Below, piece after piece: positions 18,022 through 27,015 of a stretch of DNA of 64,000 bases. Origin of the DNA: an uncultured Actinomycetota bacterium (GTDB lineage: Bacteria > Actinomycetota > Actinomycetes > Sporichthyales > Sporichthyaceae). The stretch covers positions 4,622,585 to 4,686,584 of the forward strand of contig OY969798.1 in assembly GCA_963703165.1 (NCBI GenBank). Reading direction: 5' to 3'. The stretch's first letter is position 1. Each line of letters starts with the position of its first letter. A program made the translations under genes and the position numbers. The notes under the pieces were generated by a model, which was given only the letters and a program-made list of their open reading frames with translations, had not been told where the DNA came from and searched no databases.

Positions 18022-19524
18022 TCAGCCGGCCAACGGGTTGCGGATCTCGTACCCGATCGCGCGGATGTCGTCGATCGTCCACATGCGCGGCAGGTCGAGC
18101 ATCGGCTGACCGATCAGGGTGTGCCCGTCGGGGCGGACCCCGCCCATGTCGAGGATGACGTCGGCCAGGTCCCAACCGTGGTAGCGCTCCCAGAACTGCT
18201 TCCGGTGGCGGTAAGCCTCGGGCCAGTTGCTGAAGACCCACTCGCAGCCCTCGCTGCACAACGCGTAGTTCTTCCCGCCCAGGTCGACGATGCGGGCTTC
18301 GTTGCAGTCCAGGCGCGGCATCACGCACGGCATCTGGCAGACCTGGCAGATCGGCGGCAGCCCAGGGAGCTCCTGCAACATCAGCCGGCCTACGGCAGGA
18401 TCGGCGAGGGCGCGGTAGCCCTCCCAGTAGCCCTGGTAGTAACCGGACCACCCGGGATAGTTGTTCTCGAACCACTCGAAGTCCGCCGGACCGGGGGCGT
18501 CCATCCGCCAGAAGTTCAACGGCCAGATCGCCCCGAGCACCTGGGCGATGGTGTGGTGACCCCACGTCACATCGTTGGCCGCGGCGGCCAGGCGGGAGGG
18601 TGGACGGACCCCGAACTCGGAGAGCCGTTCGACGAAGCCGCCGACGAAGTCGTCGACGACCCATTCCTCCCACTGGTTCTTGTAGCTCCACGGCCGGACC
18701 TTCGAGCCGTACTCGGAGGCGAACCCGACGAGCAGGTCAAACAGGCGGTGGCTGTGCCAGAAGTGCCGGTCCAGCGACTTGTTGAGGATCGGGACGTTCT
18801 CCTCCTCTGCCAGCAGCATCATGATCGCGCCGTAGCCATTGGCCATGTGCCGGGCCTCGTCGGACTGGATCGACATCATGACGCTGGCCAGCGCGTTGTC
18901 GCCGTTGGCCACGGCGACCTGCGGTGTCGCCACGAGCAGGATGTTGGTGTACGCGGTTTCCACGACGATGTTGAGCGCGACGATGCAGTCCAGGGGGTCA
19001 CCGGTGTTGAAGTGCTGGAACTCCCCGATGGTGGCCTGGGTCGCGGGGTGCAGGTACATGGAGCGCTGCCCGACGTCCCACCCGGCTGGGTCGGGGGAGT
19101 TGCGCACGTAGTAGTTGCGCAGCGACATCTCCAACTGCGCGTGGCGTACCTCGTCGAGCATCTGGGCGTTATAGCCCTGGCGCATCTCCTGGTTGTCGAT
19201 CGCCGAGATGATCATCCCGCAGCCGGCGACGGCCTGGTACTCCGCGTTGGTGAGGATCGGCAGGACCGGCTTCATGATCTCGTTGAAGCGCGGCTCGGCG
19301 CGGGTTGCCTCACGCATCCGCACGGCGCCGTCGAGAAACGCATGGGTGCGGTCGTCCTTCTCAGCCTCCATCTTCATGTAGTCCCGGATCAGGACGCGGA
19401 ACGGATCCTTGCCCTTCTTCGGCAGTTTGAACTTCGTCTCGAACTTCGGGCGTGACGTGACCGAGGTGAAGTCCCAGTCGTAGGACTTCGTCTTCTCGTG
19501 CAGCGCGCTGAGACTCGATGGCAT
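18022..19524 (-). CDS. etnC: soluble di-iron alkene monooxygenase alpha (hydroxylase large) subunit (AmoC/EtnC-like)
   Basis: The 500-aa protein carries the two di-iron-carboxylate motifs (DEVRHAQLEM; SIQSDEARHMANGY). It is a soluble di-iron monooxygenase (SDIMO) alpha-fold protein. The ATG at 19524 is preceded by AGGACTGAGGAA. Confidence 0.85.
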   Translation of the reverse strand: MPSSLSALHEKTKSYDWDFTSVTSRPKFETKFKLPKKGKDPFRVLIRDYMKMEAEKDDRTHAFLDGAVRMREATRAEPRFNEIMKPVLPILTNAEYQAVAGCGMIISAIDNQEMRQGYNAQMLDEVRHAQLEMSLRNYYVRNSPDPAGWDVGQRSMYLHPATQATIGEFQHFNTGDPLDCIVALNIVVETAYTNILLVATPQVAVANGDNALASVMMSIQSDEARHMANGYGAIMMLLAEEENVPILNKSLDRHFWHSHRLFDLLVGFASEYGSKVRPWSYKNQWEEWVVDDFVGGFVERLSEFGVRPPSRLAAAANDVTWGHHTIAQVLGAIWPLNFWRMDAPGPADFEWFENNYPGWSGYYQGYWEGYRALADPAVGRLMLQELPGLPPICQVCQMPCVMPRLDCNEARIVDLGGKNYALCSEGCEWVFSNWPEAYRHRKQFWERYHGWDLADVILDMGGVRPDGHTLIGQPMLDLPRMWTIDDIRAIGYEIRNPLAG

Positions 19525-19535
19525 CTGTGGGTTCC

Positions 19536-19841
19536 TCAGTCCTTGAACCGGTCGGGTTGGATGTCTGCGTAGATGTCGACCCGGCCGTCGCCCACGACGA
19601 TGCGCCCGTAGTAGCTGGCCATGTTCACCAGGAAGATGCTGGTGTCGATGTCCCGCCCGGCGATGTCGGACAGCTCGGTCATGTCGAAGCTCAGGACGTC
19701 GTCGCACTCGATCTTGTAGAAGCAGTCGCGGAAGTCGATGACCGCGTTGGGCTGACTTTCCGTCACATGCTCGACGGCTGCCTGGGTGTCGGAGGAATTC
19801 ATCAAGGAGATCCCGACGCGGCGCTTGGTGGTGGTGCTCAT
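19536..19841 (-). CDS. etnB: monooxygenase coupling/effector protein (MmoB/DmpM family; AmoB/EtnB-like)
   Basis: The 101-aa protein MSTTTKRRVGISLMNSSDTQAAVEHVTESQPNAVIDFRDCFYKIECDDVLSFDM... Its ATG at 19841 overlaps the beta-subunit stop (ATGA). Confidence 0.7.
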   Translation of the reverse strand: MSTTTKRRVGISLMNSSDTQAAVEHVTESQPNAVIDFRDCFYKIECDDVLSFDMTELSDIAGRDIDTSIFLVNMASYYGRIVVGDGRVDIYADIQPDRFKD

Positions 19842-20875
19842 GCCGACATCCCTGCCTCGTCGAGCGCCTGGCGCTGACGCTCGAGAGAACGGGTCAACGC
19901 TTCTTTCGCGCCCGCCTCGTTGACGCCGGCCGCGGCGAAGGCGGCGAGGAATGCGGTGGCTGCCGCCTCGCAGCGCGGGCCCCAGTCGTCGAGCCAGCCT
20001 CCGATGACCTTGGCGTTGTCGCCGCCGGTGTCCGGGTCCGCACACACCAGGCGAACCAGGGCGGCCACCCCGGTGATGTGCCGGTCGGTGTCCCGGATGG
20101 CTCCGGCGAGCACCGCGGGGGTCGCGCCGTCGCCGGCGTGCGCGGCGCGGTGGCTGAACAACTCGCTCTTGGCCAGACTGCCCAGCAGGGGTTCGAACAC
20201 CAGCGTGGTGATCACCAGGGCCTCGACCCAGTCCTCGCAGGCCACCAGGTGCTCGACGAGTTCTCGGATCGGCACCAGCGCAGGGTCGGACATCCAGGCC
20301 TCGCGCGCACCGGCGTCGGTGAAGGACTCGTCGGACTCGCCGAGATGATCGAGATGGAAGACGATGTCCTGGAGCAGGCGCATCCGGTCCGCGGCCTGGA
20401 ACACCACGGTGAACTGCACGGTGTCCGACATGGCTTGCCGGACGCCGTAGGCCAGGGACAGGAAGAGCCCGTACTCGACGAACGGCCAGGCGGCGTAGAG
20501 CCGACCCAGCACCTCGTCACGCCACGGGCCGGCCGCACTCGTGCCGCCGGGGCGGGTGAGCACGGGCAGGGTCCGTGCGAGCGCCTGTTGGTCCTGATTC
20601 GTGGCGCTCACGAAGGGGCGTTGCCACATGCCCGCCGGGTCGCGGTAGTCCCGCCACATGCTTGTGCGCACCGCGCTGCTGTCGTCGCTCCACGGCGGGG
20701 TGCCGTCGTCGAAGCGCACCGGCCAGTCGATGTGCAGCCACTGCCCGGGATCCGACTGCTGGCCGATCGTGTACGACTCGTACTCACTGGGCTTCCGCCG
20801 CGCCGGGGTGAACCAGGTGAAATTTCGATCGCCGGAGAATTCCTCAGCCGTGTGGCCGGGCACCGTCGCCGTCAT
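19838..20875 (-). CDS. etnA: soluble di-iron alkene monooxygenase beta (hydroxylase small) subunit (AmoA/EtnA-like)
   Basis: The 345-aa SDIMO beta-type protein is first in the operon. The gene order beta, coupling, alpha, reductase is the group-4 alkene monooxygenase arrangement. Confidence 0.75.
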   Translation of the reverse strand: MTATVPGHTAEEFSGDRNFTWFTPARRKPSEYESYTIGQQSDPGQWLHIDWPVRFDDGTPPWSDDSSAVRTSMWRDYRDPAGMWQRPFVSATNQDQQALARTLPVLTRPGGTSAAGPWRDEVLGRLYAAWPFVEYGLFLSLAYGVRQAMSDTVQFTVVFQAADRMRLLQDIVFHLDHLGESDESFTDAGAREAWMSDPALVPIRELVEHLVACEDWVEALVITTLVFEPLLGSLAKSELFSHRAAHAGDGATPAVLAGAIRDTDRHITGVAALVRLVCADPDTGGDNAKVIGGWLDDWGPRCEAAATAFLAAFAAAGVNEAGAKEALTRSLERQRQALDEAGMSA

Positions 20876-21035
20876 GGACCGCCTCCTCGTTGAGGACCTC
20901 CGAGGTCAGTGACGCTAGACACGTGCAGAAGGGCGTTCCTCTACCGATCCGGATGAAGTTTGTAGGGGAGTGTCGATCGGTTCTTACTCCCATCCGGGGT
21001 AGACAGTGCCGGGGTAGGCGTGGCTGGATGACGGG
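20876..21035. promoter_or_regulatory. divergent promoter/operator region between the alkene monooxygenase operon and the GAF-PucR regulator
   Basis: The 160-bp spacer contains the inverted repeat GGGGAGTgtCGATCGgttcttACTCCC around a CGATCG core. Confidence 0.3.
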
Positions 21036-23166
21036 GTGACGCTGCTGGCTGCGCGGGTCGGAACGACCTGGCCCACGCTCATCGAGACCCTGCTCGGGTC
21101 GAGAGCTGCTGCCGTCTCGGCGCCGAGGGTCGTCACCGAGACCGTGGCCGAACTGGCCGAGGCGCAAACCGTGGGCATTGTCGAGTGGGTGCGTGACGTG
21201 CCGAGCGTCGTGCACGAGGTCGGGCCGCCGTTGACCTTGACCGTCCGCCCGCCGGCGGGCCGGGCGGATGTCGCCGGCGTTCCCGCGGTGGTCGTCCAGG
21301 TCGATGACCACCGGGACCTGGTGGTGTTGCGCCCGGCAGGCGCCCCGGCGTTCACCGCCGAGGAGGCTGCCGCCATCGAGGCGGTCAGCACACTGCTCGG
21401 GCACTCCGCGGCGTTCGGTCGCAGGGAAGCCGCGGAGACGTTGAACCGGCTTGCGCGGGAGATCGTCGGCACCCTCGACCTCGACCGGGTGCTGCTCTCG
21501 ATCGCCAACTCCGCCGCCCGGTTGCTGGCCTCCGAGGTCACCGGCGTGCTGCTCGTGCACGGTCCGCCCGATCGCCCGGAACTGCGCATGCGCTGCACCG
21601 TCGGGCACCACTCGCCGGAGACTGCCCGGCTACGCATCCCCGCCGGTCGAGGTATGGCCGGCAAGGTGCTGGAGACCGGACGGCCGGCCCGGGTGGACAA
21701 CTACGCGACGGCGGAGTCGATCACCAAGGACTACCTGCCGATCGCGATCGAGGAGGGCACGCACTCCGGCCTCGCCGTGCCCGTGCTCGACGCCGGCGGG
21801 GCGATCATCGGGGTCCTGGCCGCCTGGCGGATGCGCCCCTCGGTCTACACCGACGAGGACGAGCAGGTTCTCGTCTCCTTGGCCGGTCTCGCGTCCATCG
21901 GTCTGGTCAACGCGCGGGCCTACAGCGACCAGCAACGGGTGACCGCCGAACTGGAGGCCGCGCGCACGGAACTGGCCGACCGGCTGGCCATCTCCGACGA
22001 GGCGGTCTCGATCCACCGTCGGCTGACCGCGATCGCGGCCGAGGGGCAGGACCTGTCGCGGTTGGCCGTCGCCGTGCAGGAGATCGTCGACGGCCCCGTG
22101 GTGATTGTGCCCAGCAGCGACCGCTCGGGCGCGCGCTGGCCGCCCGGGGCCGACGTCCCGCGCGAGCAGGACAGCCGACCCCTGCGCGTCGTGGCAGCCG
22201 AGAGCGGAAGGCTCCGGGCCCGTCTGGGTCCGGGTACCCATCGAGGCCGCGGGAGTGCAGCACGGCGTCCTGCACGCGCGGCTGCCCGCCCGGCCGCGGC
22301 CGCGGGACGTCGTCACCCTCGAACAGTCCGCCGTGATCTGCGCCCTGTTGCTCGGCCACGAGGACGCCGTTGCCGCAGCCTCGGCCCGGTTGCGTTCGGA
22401 GTTCGTCTGGGACCTGCTGGAGGGCCGCGGCGACGCGGATCAGGACAACGCGCTGCGGGCGGTCGCACTCGGCCTGCGCCTGGCGTTCCCGGCTCGGCTG
22501 CTCCTGCTGCGTGGCCGAGGGTTGCGGGAACTGGGCCGGAGCGAGGGATGGACTGCCGAGCAGGCCGAACGCAACCGCATCTGGTGGGGTGGGCGGGTCG
22601 CCTCCGCCGTCGAGGAGTTGACCGGGCACCTGGTCCCCGTGGCGCACCGTGACGAGCACGTGATCGCCATCCTGCCCGCGGCGGATGCCACGGCGGCCCA
22701 CGCGGCGGCGGCGGCTGCCCGATGTCCGTTCGGCGACGTCGTGGTGCAGGGCGGGCTGAGCCGCGAGGTGCCGGGACCTGCCGGACTGCCGCAGGCGCTG
22801 CACGAGGCGCGCGTCGCACTGGCCGCGGTGCCCGCCGGTGCCGCGGTCATGCGTTTCGACGACCTGGGGGTGCTCCAGTTCCTGGTCGCGCCCTCGGGCG
22901 GGGAGGGCCTGCACGCCTTCGCGGCCGGCGTGCTGGGGGACCTGATCGCCTACGACCGCAAGCACGGCACGGAGCTGATCGCGACGCTGGACAGCTGGTT
23001 CGAGAACAGCTGCAGTGTCGCGGGCACGGCGCGGGCGATGCGGGTGCACACGAAGACGTTGGCGTATCGGCTCCGCCGGATTCAGGAGGTCTCGGGCCTG
23101 GATCTGACCGATCGTCAGCGCCGCCTGGACGTCGAACTGGCGTTGCGGGTTCTCGGCCCCACGTGA
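21036..23166 (+). CDS. GAF-domain PucR/CdaR-family transcriptional regulator (frame switch near 22215-22235)
   Basis: The N-terminal frame (21036..22652) has a GAF domain (LDLDRVLLSIANSAARLL...AIIGVLAAWRMRPSVYTDEDEQVLVSLAGLASIGLVNARAY). The C-terminal frame (22105..23166) has a PucR C-terminal HTH (MRVHTKTLAYRLRRIQEVSGLDL). The two overlap out of frame, which implies a 1-nt indel. The gene is divergent from etnA. Confidence 0.6.
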
Positions 23167-23241
23167 ACTGTCGGCGCATGGCGCCCCGACGACACGCGAA
23201 CGGCAGTTTTCTTTCGCGATCGTGGGGGTAGGAGCGGCCGC

Positions 23242-23796
23242 GTGCTGCTGCTGAGACTGCCCGGCGTGTCCTGCCCGGACGACGACACCGCGATGTTGCT
23301 GGACTGCGTGCTCGAGCAGGACCTTGCCCCGGGGGCGAAGGTTCTGGATCTCGGGACGGATCCCGGCCTGATGGCCGGCCTGCTGGAGCAGGCCGGGGCG
23401 GAGGACGTGTCCACCATCGACCTGGGGCGTCGGCTCGGGCGGGCCCGGCTGCGCAGCCGGCGGATGCGCGACCGCTTCGACCTCGTCGTGGCCAACGTCC
23501 CCTTCCTCGCCTGCGGCGTCGAGGGCCGCGGTCGCCTGGACCGCATCTGCCGCGCCGCGCCCCGTCTTCTGGCCGAGGGTGGCGCCCTGTGGCTCGTGCA
23601 ATCCGAACTGTGCGACCCGCAGCTCACGCTCGGCCACCTGGCCGGCTCCGGGCTGCAGGCGCGGATCGTCGAGCGGGGCGAGGTCGCCTTCGGGCCCGCC
23701 ATGTGGTCCCGTGCGGCCGCGTTGCGCGCGCAGGGACGCATCGGCTCCGACCAGTGCACCGAGGACATCGTGGTGATCCGTGCCACTCGGTCCTGA
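23242..23796 (+). CDS. Mtq2/HemK-like class I methyltransferase paralog with degenerate SAM and substrate motifs (likely inactive)
   Basis: It shares its N-terminus (VLLLRLPGV...DDT.LL) and overall fold with the gene at 26093. Motif I reads DLGTDPG (versus DIGTGTG) and motif IV reads NVPF (versus NPPY). It is about 30 aa shorter. Confidence 0.5.
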   Translation: MLLLRLPGVSCPDDDTAMLLDCVLEQDLAPGAKVLDLGTDPGLMAGLLEQAGAEDVSTIDLGRRLGRARLRSRRMRDRFDLVVANVPFLACGVEGRGRLDRICRAAPRLLAEGGALWLVQSELCDPQLTLGHLAGSGLQARIVERGEVAFGPAMWSRAAALRAQGRIGSDQCTEDIVVIRATRS

Positions 23797-24259
23797 CTGG
23801 CTGACGTAGCGTCAGTTCACATCTCGGCAAACTACTTGCCGGTAAAGCGAGCTGGGTCACACCGTGGGGTGGGTTACCCGTCGGTTGTGACGCGAGGCAT
23901 CCCGCTCGGCTCTTGGGGGGGCGCTGCGCCGATGCCAGCATGGGCGCATGACTTGGACCCTCGAACCCATTGCCGACGACCGGATGCGCCTGATGACCCG
24001 CGCGCTCGCGGTTCAGAAGTCTCGCCCCGACGTGTTGATCGACGGACGTACCTCTCTGCACCCGGCCTTCGACGACTGGACCTCGCACCAGGACCCGGCA
24101 GGTCCGGGCCTGCTCTGGGACAGCTCCGCGCTGGTCACCGCGGACTGAGCGCCACGGGTGGCCCCTGGTTTATCCACAGGGTGAATGGGGAGTCACCGGC
24201 CAGACGACGAACTCGAATCACCGGGGACCGTCGCTCGACCCGCATCAAAGGCCGGGCAC

Positions 24260-25039
24260 ATGACCCTCGCACCTGAAGTATTTGACGCGACGCTCTCCGA
24301 TGAGGACCTCTTCAAGGCCCTCCGTCAGGCGGACACGGCGGAACGGGAACGCATCCAGACCCTGCTGGTGGATCGATACAGCGGCCTGGTCCGGGCCATC
24401 GCGGCGCGTTACGCGAACCCGGGCGTCGAGGTGGAGGAGCTCCGCCAGGTCGGCTATGTCGGGCTGGTGCTCGCCATCCAACGCTTCGACGTCGAACGCG
24501 GCATCGACTTCACCGCCTTCGCACGGCCGACCATCACCGGTGAGATCCGGCGCTGGTTCCGGGACAAGCGCCGGTGGGTGCGGCTCCCTCGGCGTGTGCA
24601 GGAGACCAAGGCAGGCCTGACCGTGGCCAACGAGGTGCTCACCCACCAACTCGGCCGGTCCCCAACAGTCTCGGAGCTCGCGGCTCACCTGCACGTCGGC
24701 GAGGAACTCGTGCTCGAGGCAATCACGATCGACGACGCCTTCGTGGCGCTCTCGCTCGATGCGCCGGGGGGCGGGGACGACTCTGACGACTGGACGCTGG
24801 GGGACACCCTCGGAGCCCGCGACGAACGACTGGACCTGATGCTCGACGTCGCTGTCCTCGCGCCGCTGATCGCGGACCTTCCCGAGCGGGAGCGGTCCAT
24901 CCTGCAGATGCGTTTCGGGGACGAACTCACCCAGGCAGAGATCGGCCGCCGGTTGGGGTACTCGCAGATGCACATCTCGCGAATCCTCAACCAGATCTTC
25001 GAGACCCTGCGGGCAGGTCTGGCTGAAGCGGAGTCCTGA
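24260..25039 (+). CDS. group 3 sigma-70 factor (SigF/SigB-like alternative sigma factor)
   Basis: Region 2 (LVDRYSGLVRAIAARY...VGYVGLVLAIQRFDVERGIDFTAFARPTITGEIRRWFRD), region 3, and region 4 HTH (ERERSILQMRFGDELTQAEIGRRLGYSQMHISRIL). Confidence 0.8.
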   Translation: MTLAPEVFDATLSDEDLFKALRQADTAERERIQTLLVDRYSGLVRAIAARYANPGVEVEELRQVGYVGLVLAIQRFDVERGIDFTAFARPTITGEIRRWFRDKRRWVRLPRRVQETKAGLTVANEVLTHQLGRSPTVSELAAHLHVGEELVLEAITIDDAFVALSLDAPGGGDDSDDWTLGDTLGARDERLDLMLDVAVLAPLIADLPERERSILQMRFGDELTQAEIGRRLGYSQMHISRILNQIFETLRAGLAEAES

Positions 25040-26030
25040 GGGAGGAGTGGCCGGCTTCCCAGGAGGTCAGCAGATGAGCGTCGAGCCGGTCGTCCAAGGC
25101 TGTGGCGGCCGCCATGCCGAACAACACGTCCCCCGCCACGTCTGGCTCGGCGCCCATCAGTTCCTCGATCGCCTCGCGCATCACCCGTTCATGCACCGCG
25201 TCCGCGACCGCGTGTTCGGCGTAGAACCGTTCGGCCTCCGGACCGCCTTCGAGCCGGCGGACAACCTCGACCATTCGCTGCGAGCCCAGCGGCGAGGTCA
25301 ATTCGACCACCGCCAACTGGCCCAGCAGCGCACCGCGCAGGGCGCGGTGCAGACCGCACAGGGACATGAAGTTGACGACGGCCAGCATGGGCGCGGGTAC
25401 GACATCGACGTACGCCCCGTACTCGGGAGACAAATCGAATGCCCGCATCAGATCGGCGAACAACCTGCTGTGCATGCGATCCGGGCGCCCACCGCCGTAC
25501 TCGTCGAACTCGACGGCAGCCACCAACGCCTTCGCGGCGCCCTCCAATCGCGGCAGCACCCAGGCCTGCGGATCCGCCTCCTTCAGGTGATACAGGGAGC
25601 GGTGGACCAACACCTCGCGCAGTTGGTCCCGGTCGGGCCGGCGCAGCAGATGCGCTCCCACGCCGGTGGCGGAAGGGGGCCGACGCAGGTCGTCGAACTT
25701 GTCCCGCACGGCAGTGGCGGCGTCGCCACCGTCGGTGTGAACCTCGCCCCGGAGGGCTTGAAGGAAGCGATGCTCCAATTGCTTCCGCAAGGCTAGGACG
25801 CCGAGGTCCCATTCGCGTTCGGCATCGACCGTGACGAAACCTCGGTAGTGCAGCTCGTAGCAGACGTACAACGCGAGCTGAAGGTCCTCGGAGAACGGTG
25901 CGGCGTCACCCAGCCCAGCCGGCACCATGGCGACGTCGTGCCGCAGCGCGCCGATCAGTGTGCTCGATACAGGTCCGCGTGGTTGCGGCAGGGTGGGCGC
26001 CGCCACCGCGATCACAGGTGCCATGGTCAT
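24987..26030 (-). CDS. heme-oxygenase-like di-iron (HDO) redox enzyme family protein
   Basis: The 347-aa protein has paired E/H ligand motifs in helices (YVCYELHYRGF; QLEHRF; VEFDEYGGGRPDRMHSRLF; FYAEHAVADAVHERV). This matches the PF14518-type iron-containing redox enzyme pattern. Confidence 0.55.
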   Translation of the reverse strand: MTMAPVIAVAAPTLPQPRGPVSSTLIGALRHDVAMVPAGLGDAAPFSEDLQLALYVCYELHYRGFVTVDAEREWDLGVLALRKQLEHRFLQALRGEVHTDGGDAATAVRDKFDDLRRPPSATGVGAHLLRRPDRDQLREVLVHRSLYHLKEADPQAWVLPRLEGAAKALVAAVEFDEYGGGRPDRMHSRLFADLMRAFDLSPEYGAYVDVVPAPMLAVVNFMSLCGLHRALRGALLGQLAVVELTSPLGSQRMVEVVRRLEGGPEAERFYAEHAVADAVHERVMREAIEELMGAEPDVAGDVLFGMAAATALDDRLDAHLLTSWEAGHSSLRTPLQPDLPAGSRRSG

Positions 26031-26092
26031 GAGCGACCCCTACCCGGGAGAACCGAATACATCACGGTGGCCGGTCGGGGTAAGCGTTCCTA

Positions 26093-26743
26093 GTGCTACT
26101 ACTACGACTTCCCGGCGTCTACGAACCAGAGGCCGACACCCATCTGCTCATCGACTCCGTCCTTGCCGAGGGCATCCCGCCGCACGCCCATGCGCTCGAC
26201 ATCGGAACCGGCACCGGCCGGATCGCTCTTGCACTGAAGGCGTCGGGCGCCGCCCGCGTGCAAGCCGTCGACATCTCGCGTCGGGCCGTGCTCTCAGCAC
26301 GCGTCAACGCATTCCTGCACGGGCTTCCGTTGCGCGTTCGCCGCGGCGATGTGCTGGAGCGTGTAACCGATCGCTTCGACCTGATCGTGGCCAATCCGCC
26401 CTACGTTCCGAGCGACGACAAACTCCGTGTCCGCGACCGGACGAGGACGTGGCACGGGGGAGCGGACGGGCGGGCGATCCTGGACCGGGTCTGCCGTGAC
26501 GCGCCGGCGTTGCTTGCGCCGGGCGGTGTGCTGTGGATCGTGCACTCCGCGTTGTGCGGACCACAGACCACGCTCGACCAGTTGGAATCTGCCGGTCTGC
26601 GCGCGCGGATCGAGCGTAAGGAACGCATCCCGTTCGGACCGGTGCTGCGCTCGCACCTGGAGTGGCTGCGCAAGGAGGGATTGCTCGGACCGGAGGACGC
26701 GTCCGAGGAACTCGTGGTGATCCGGGCGGCTCGGGATGGCTGA
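26093..26743 (+). CDS. Mtq2/HemK-like (TIGR00537-type) class I SAM methyltransferase with intact DIGTGTG and NPPY motifs
   Basis: It starts at GTG 26093 (VLLLRLPGVYEPEADTHLL). Motif I is DIGTGTGRIA. Motif IV is ANPPYVP, the N5-glutamine/N6-adenine methyltransferase signature. Confidence 0.65.
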   Translation: MLLLRLPGVYEPEADTHLLIDSVLAEGIPPHAHALDIGTGTGRIALALKASGAARVQAVDISRRAVLSARVNAFLHGLPLRVRRGDVLERVTDRFDLIVANPPYVPSDDKLRVRDRTRTWHGGADGRAILDRVCRDAPALLAPGGVLWIVHSALCGPQTTLDQLESAGLRARIERKERIPFGPVLRSHLEWLRKEGLLGPEDASEELVVIRAARDG

Positions 26744-26951
26744 GCCCGGGGGGCGTGTGCGCGTGCGGGTCGACCCGGAGGGGCCGACATACGTCGACGG
26801 ACCGGTCGAGGTGACGACGGACGGTGGGGAGCCGTTGCTCGTCGATCGGTTCCGCGTCGCGATCTGCGCCTGCCGCCGATCCGCGCAATACCCGTTGTGC
26901 GACGGCAGTCACCAGGCCCTCGCTGTGGAACGAACGGAGGACTCTCGTTGA
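26736..26951 (+). CDS. CDGSH iron-sulfur domain protein (mitoNEET-like)
   Basis: The 71-aa protein has ICACRRSAQYPLCDGSH (C-x-C-x..-CDGSH). Its ATG overlaps the methyltransferase stop (ATGGCTGA). Confidence 0.6.
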   Translation: MAEPGGRVRVRVDPEGPTYVDGPVEVTTDGGEPLLVDRFRVAICACRRSAQYPLCDGSHQALAVERTEDSR

Positions 26952-27015
26952 CGTGCCTCGCTGATGAACTTGAGGGCACGACCCGCTGGAGCGATAAGTA
27001 CCGGGGCGCCGGGTA

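Noticed and set aside
23948-24148. 66-codon ORF just upstream of the SigF-like gene, as a possible anti-sigma or antagonist
   Set aside because: There is no ribosome-binding site. There is no STAS or HATPase (RsbW-type) motif. The composition is unremarkable. It is retained only as a remote possibility.
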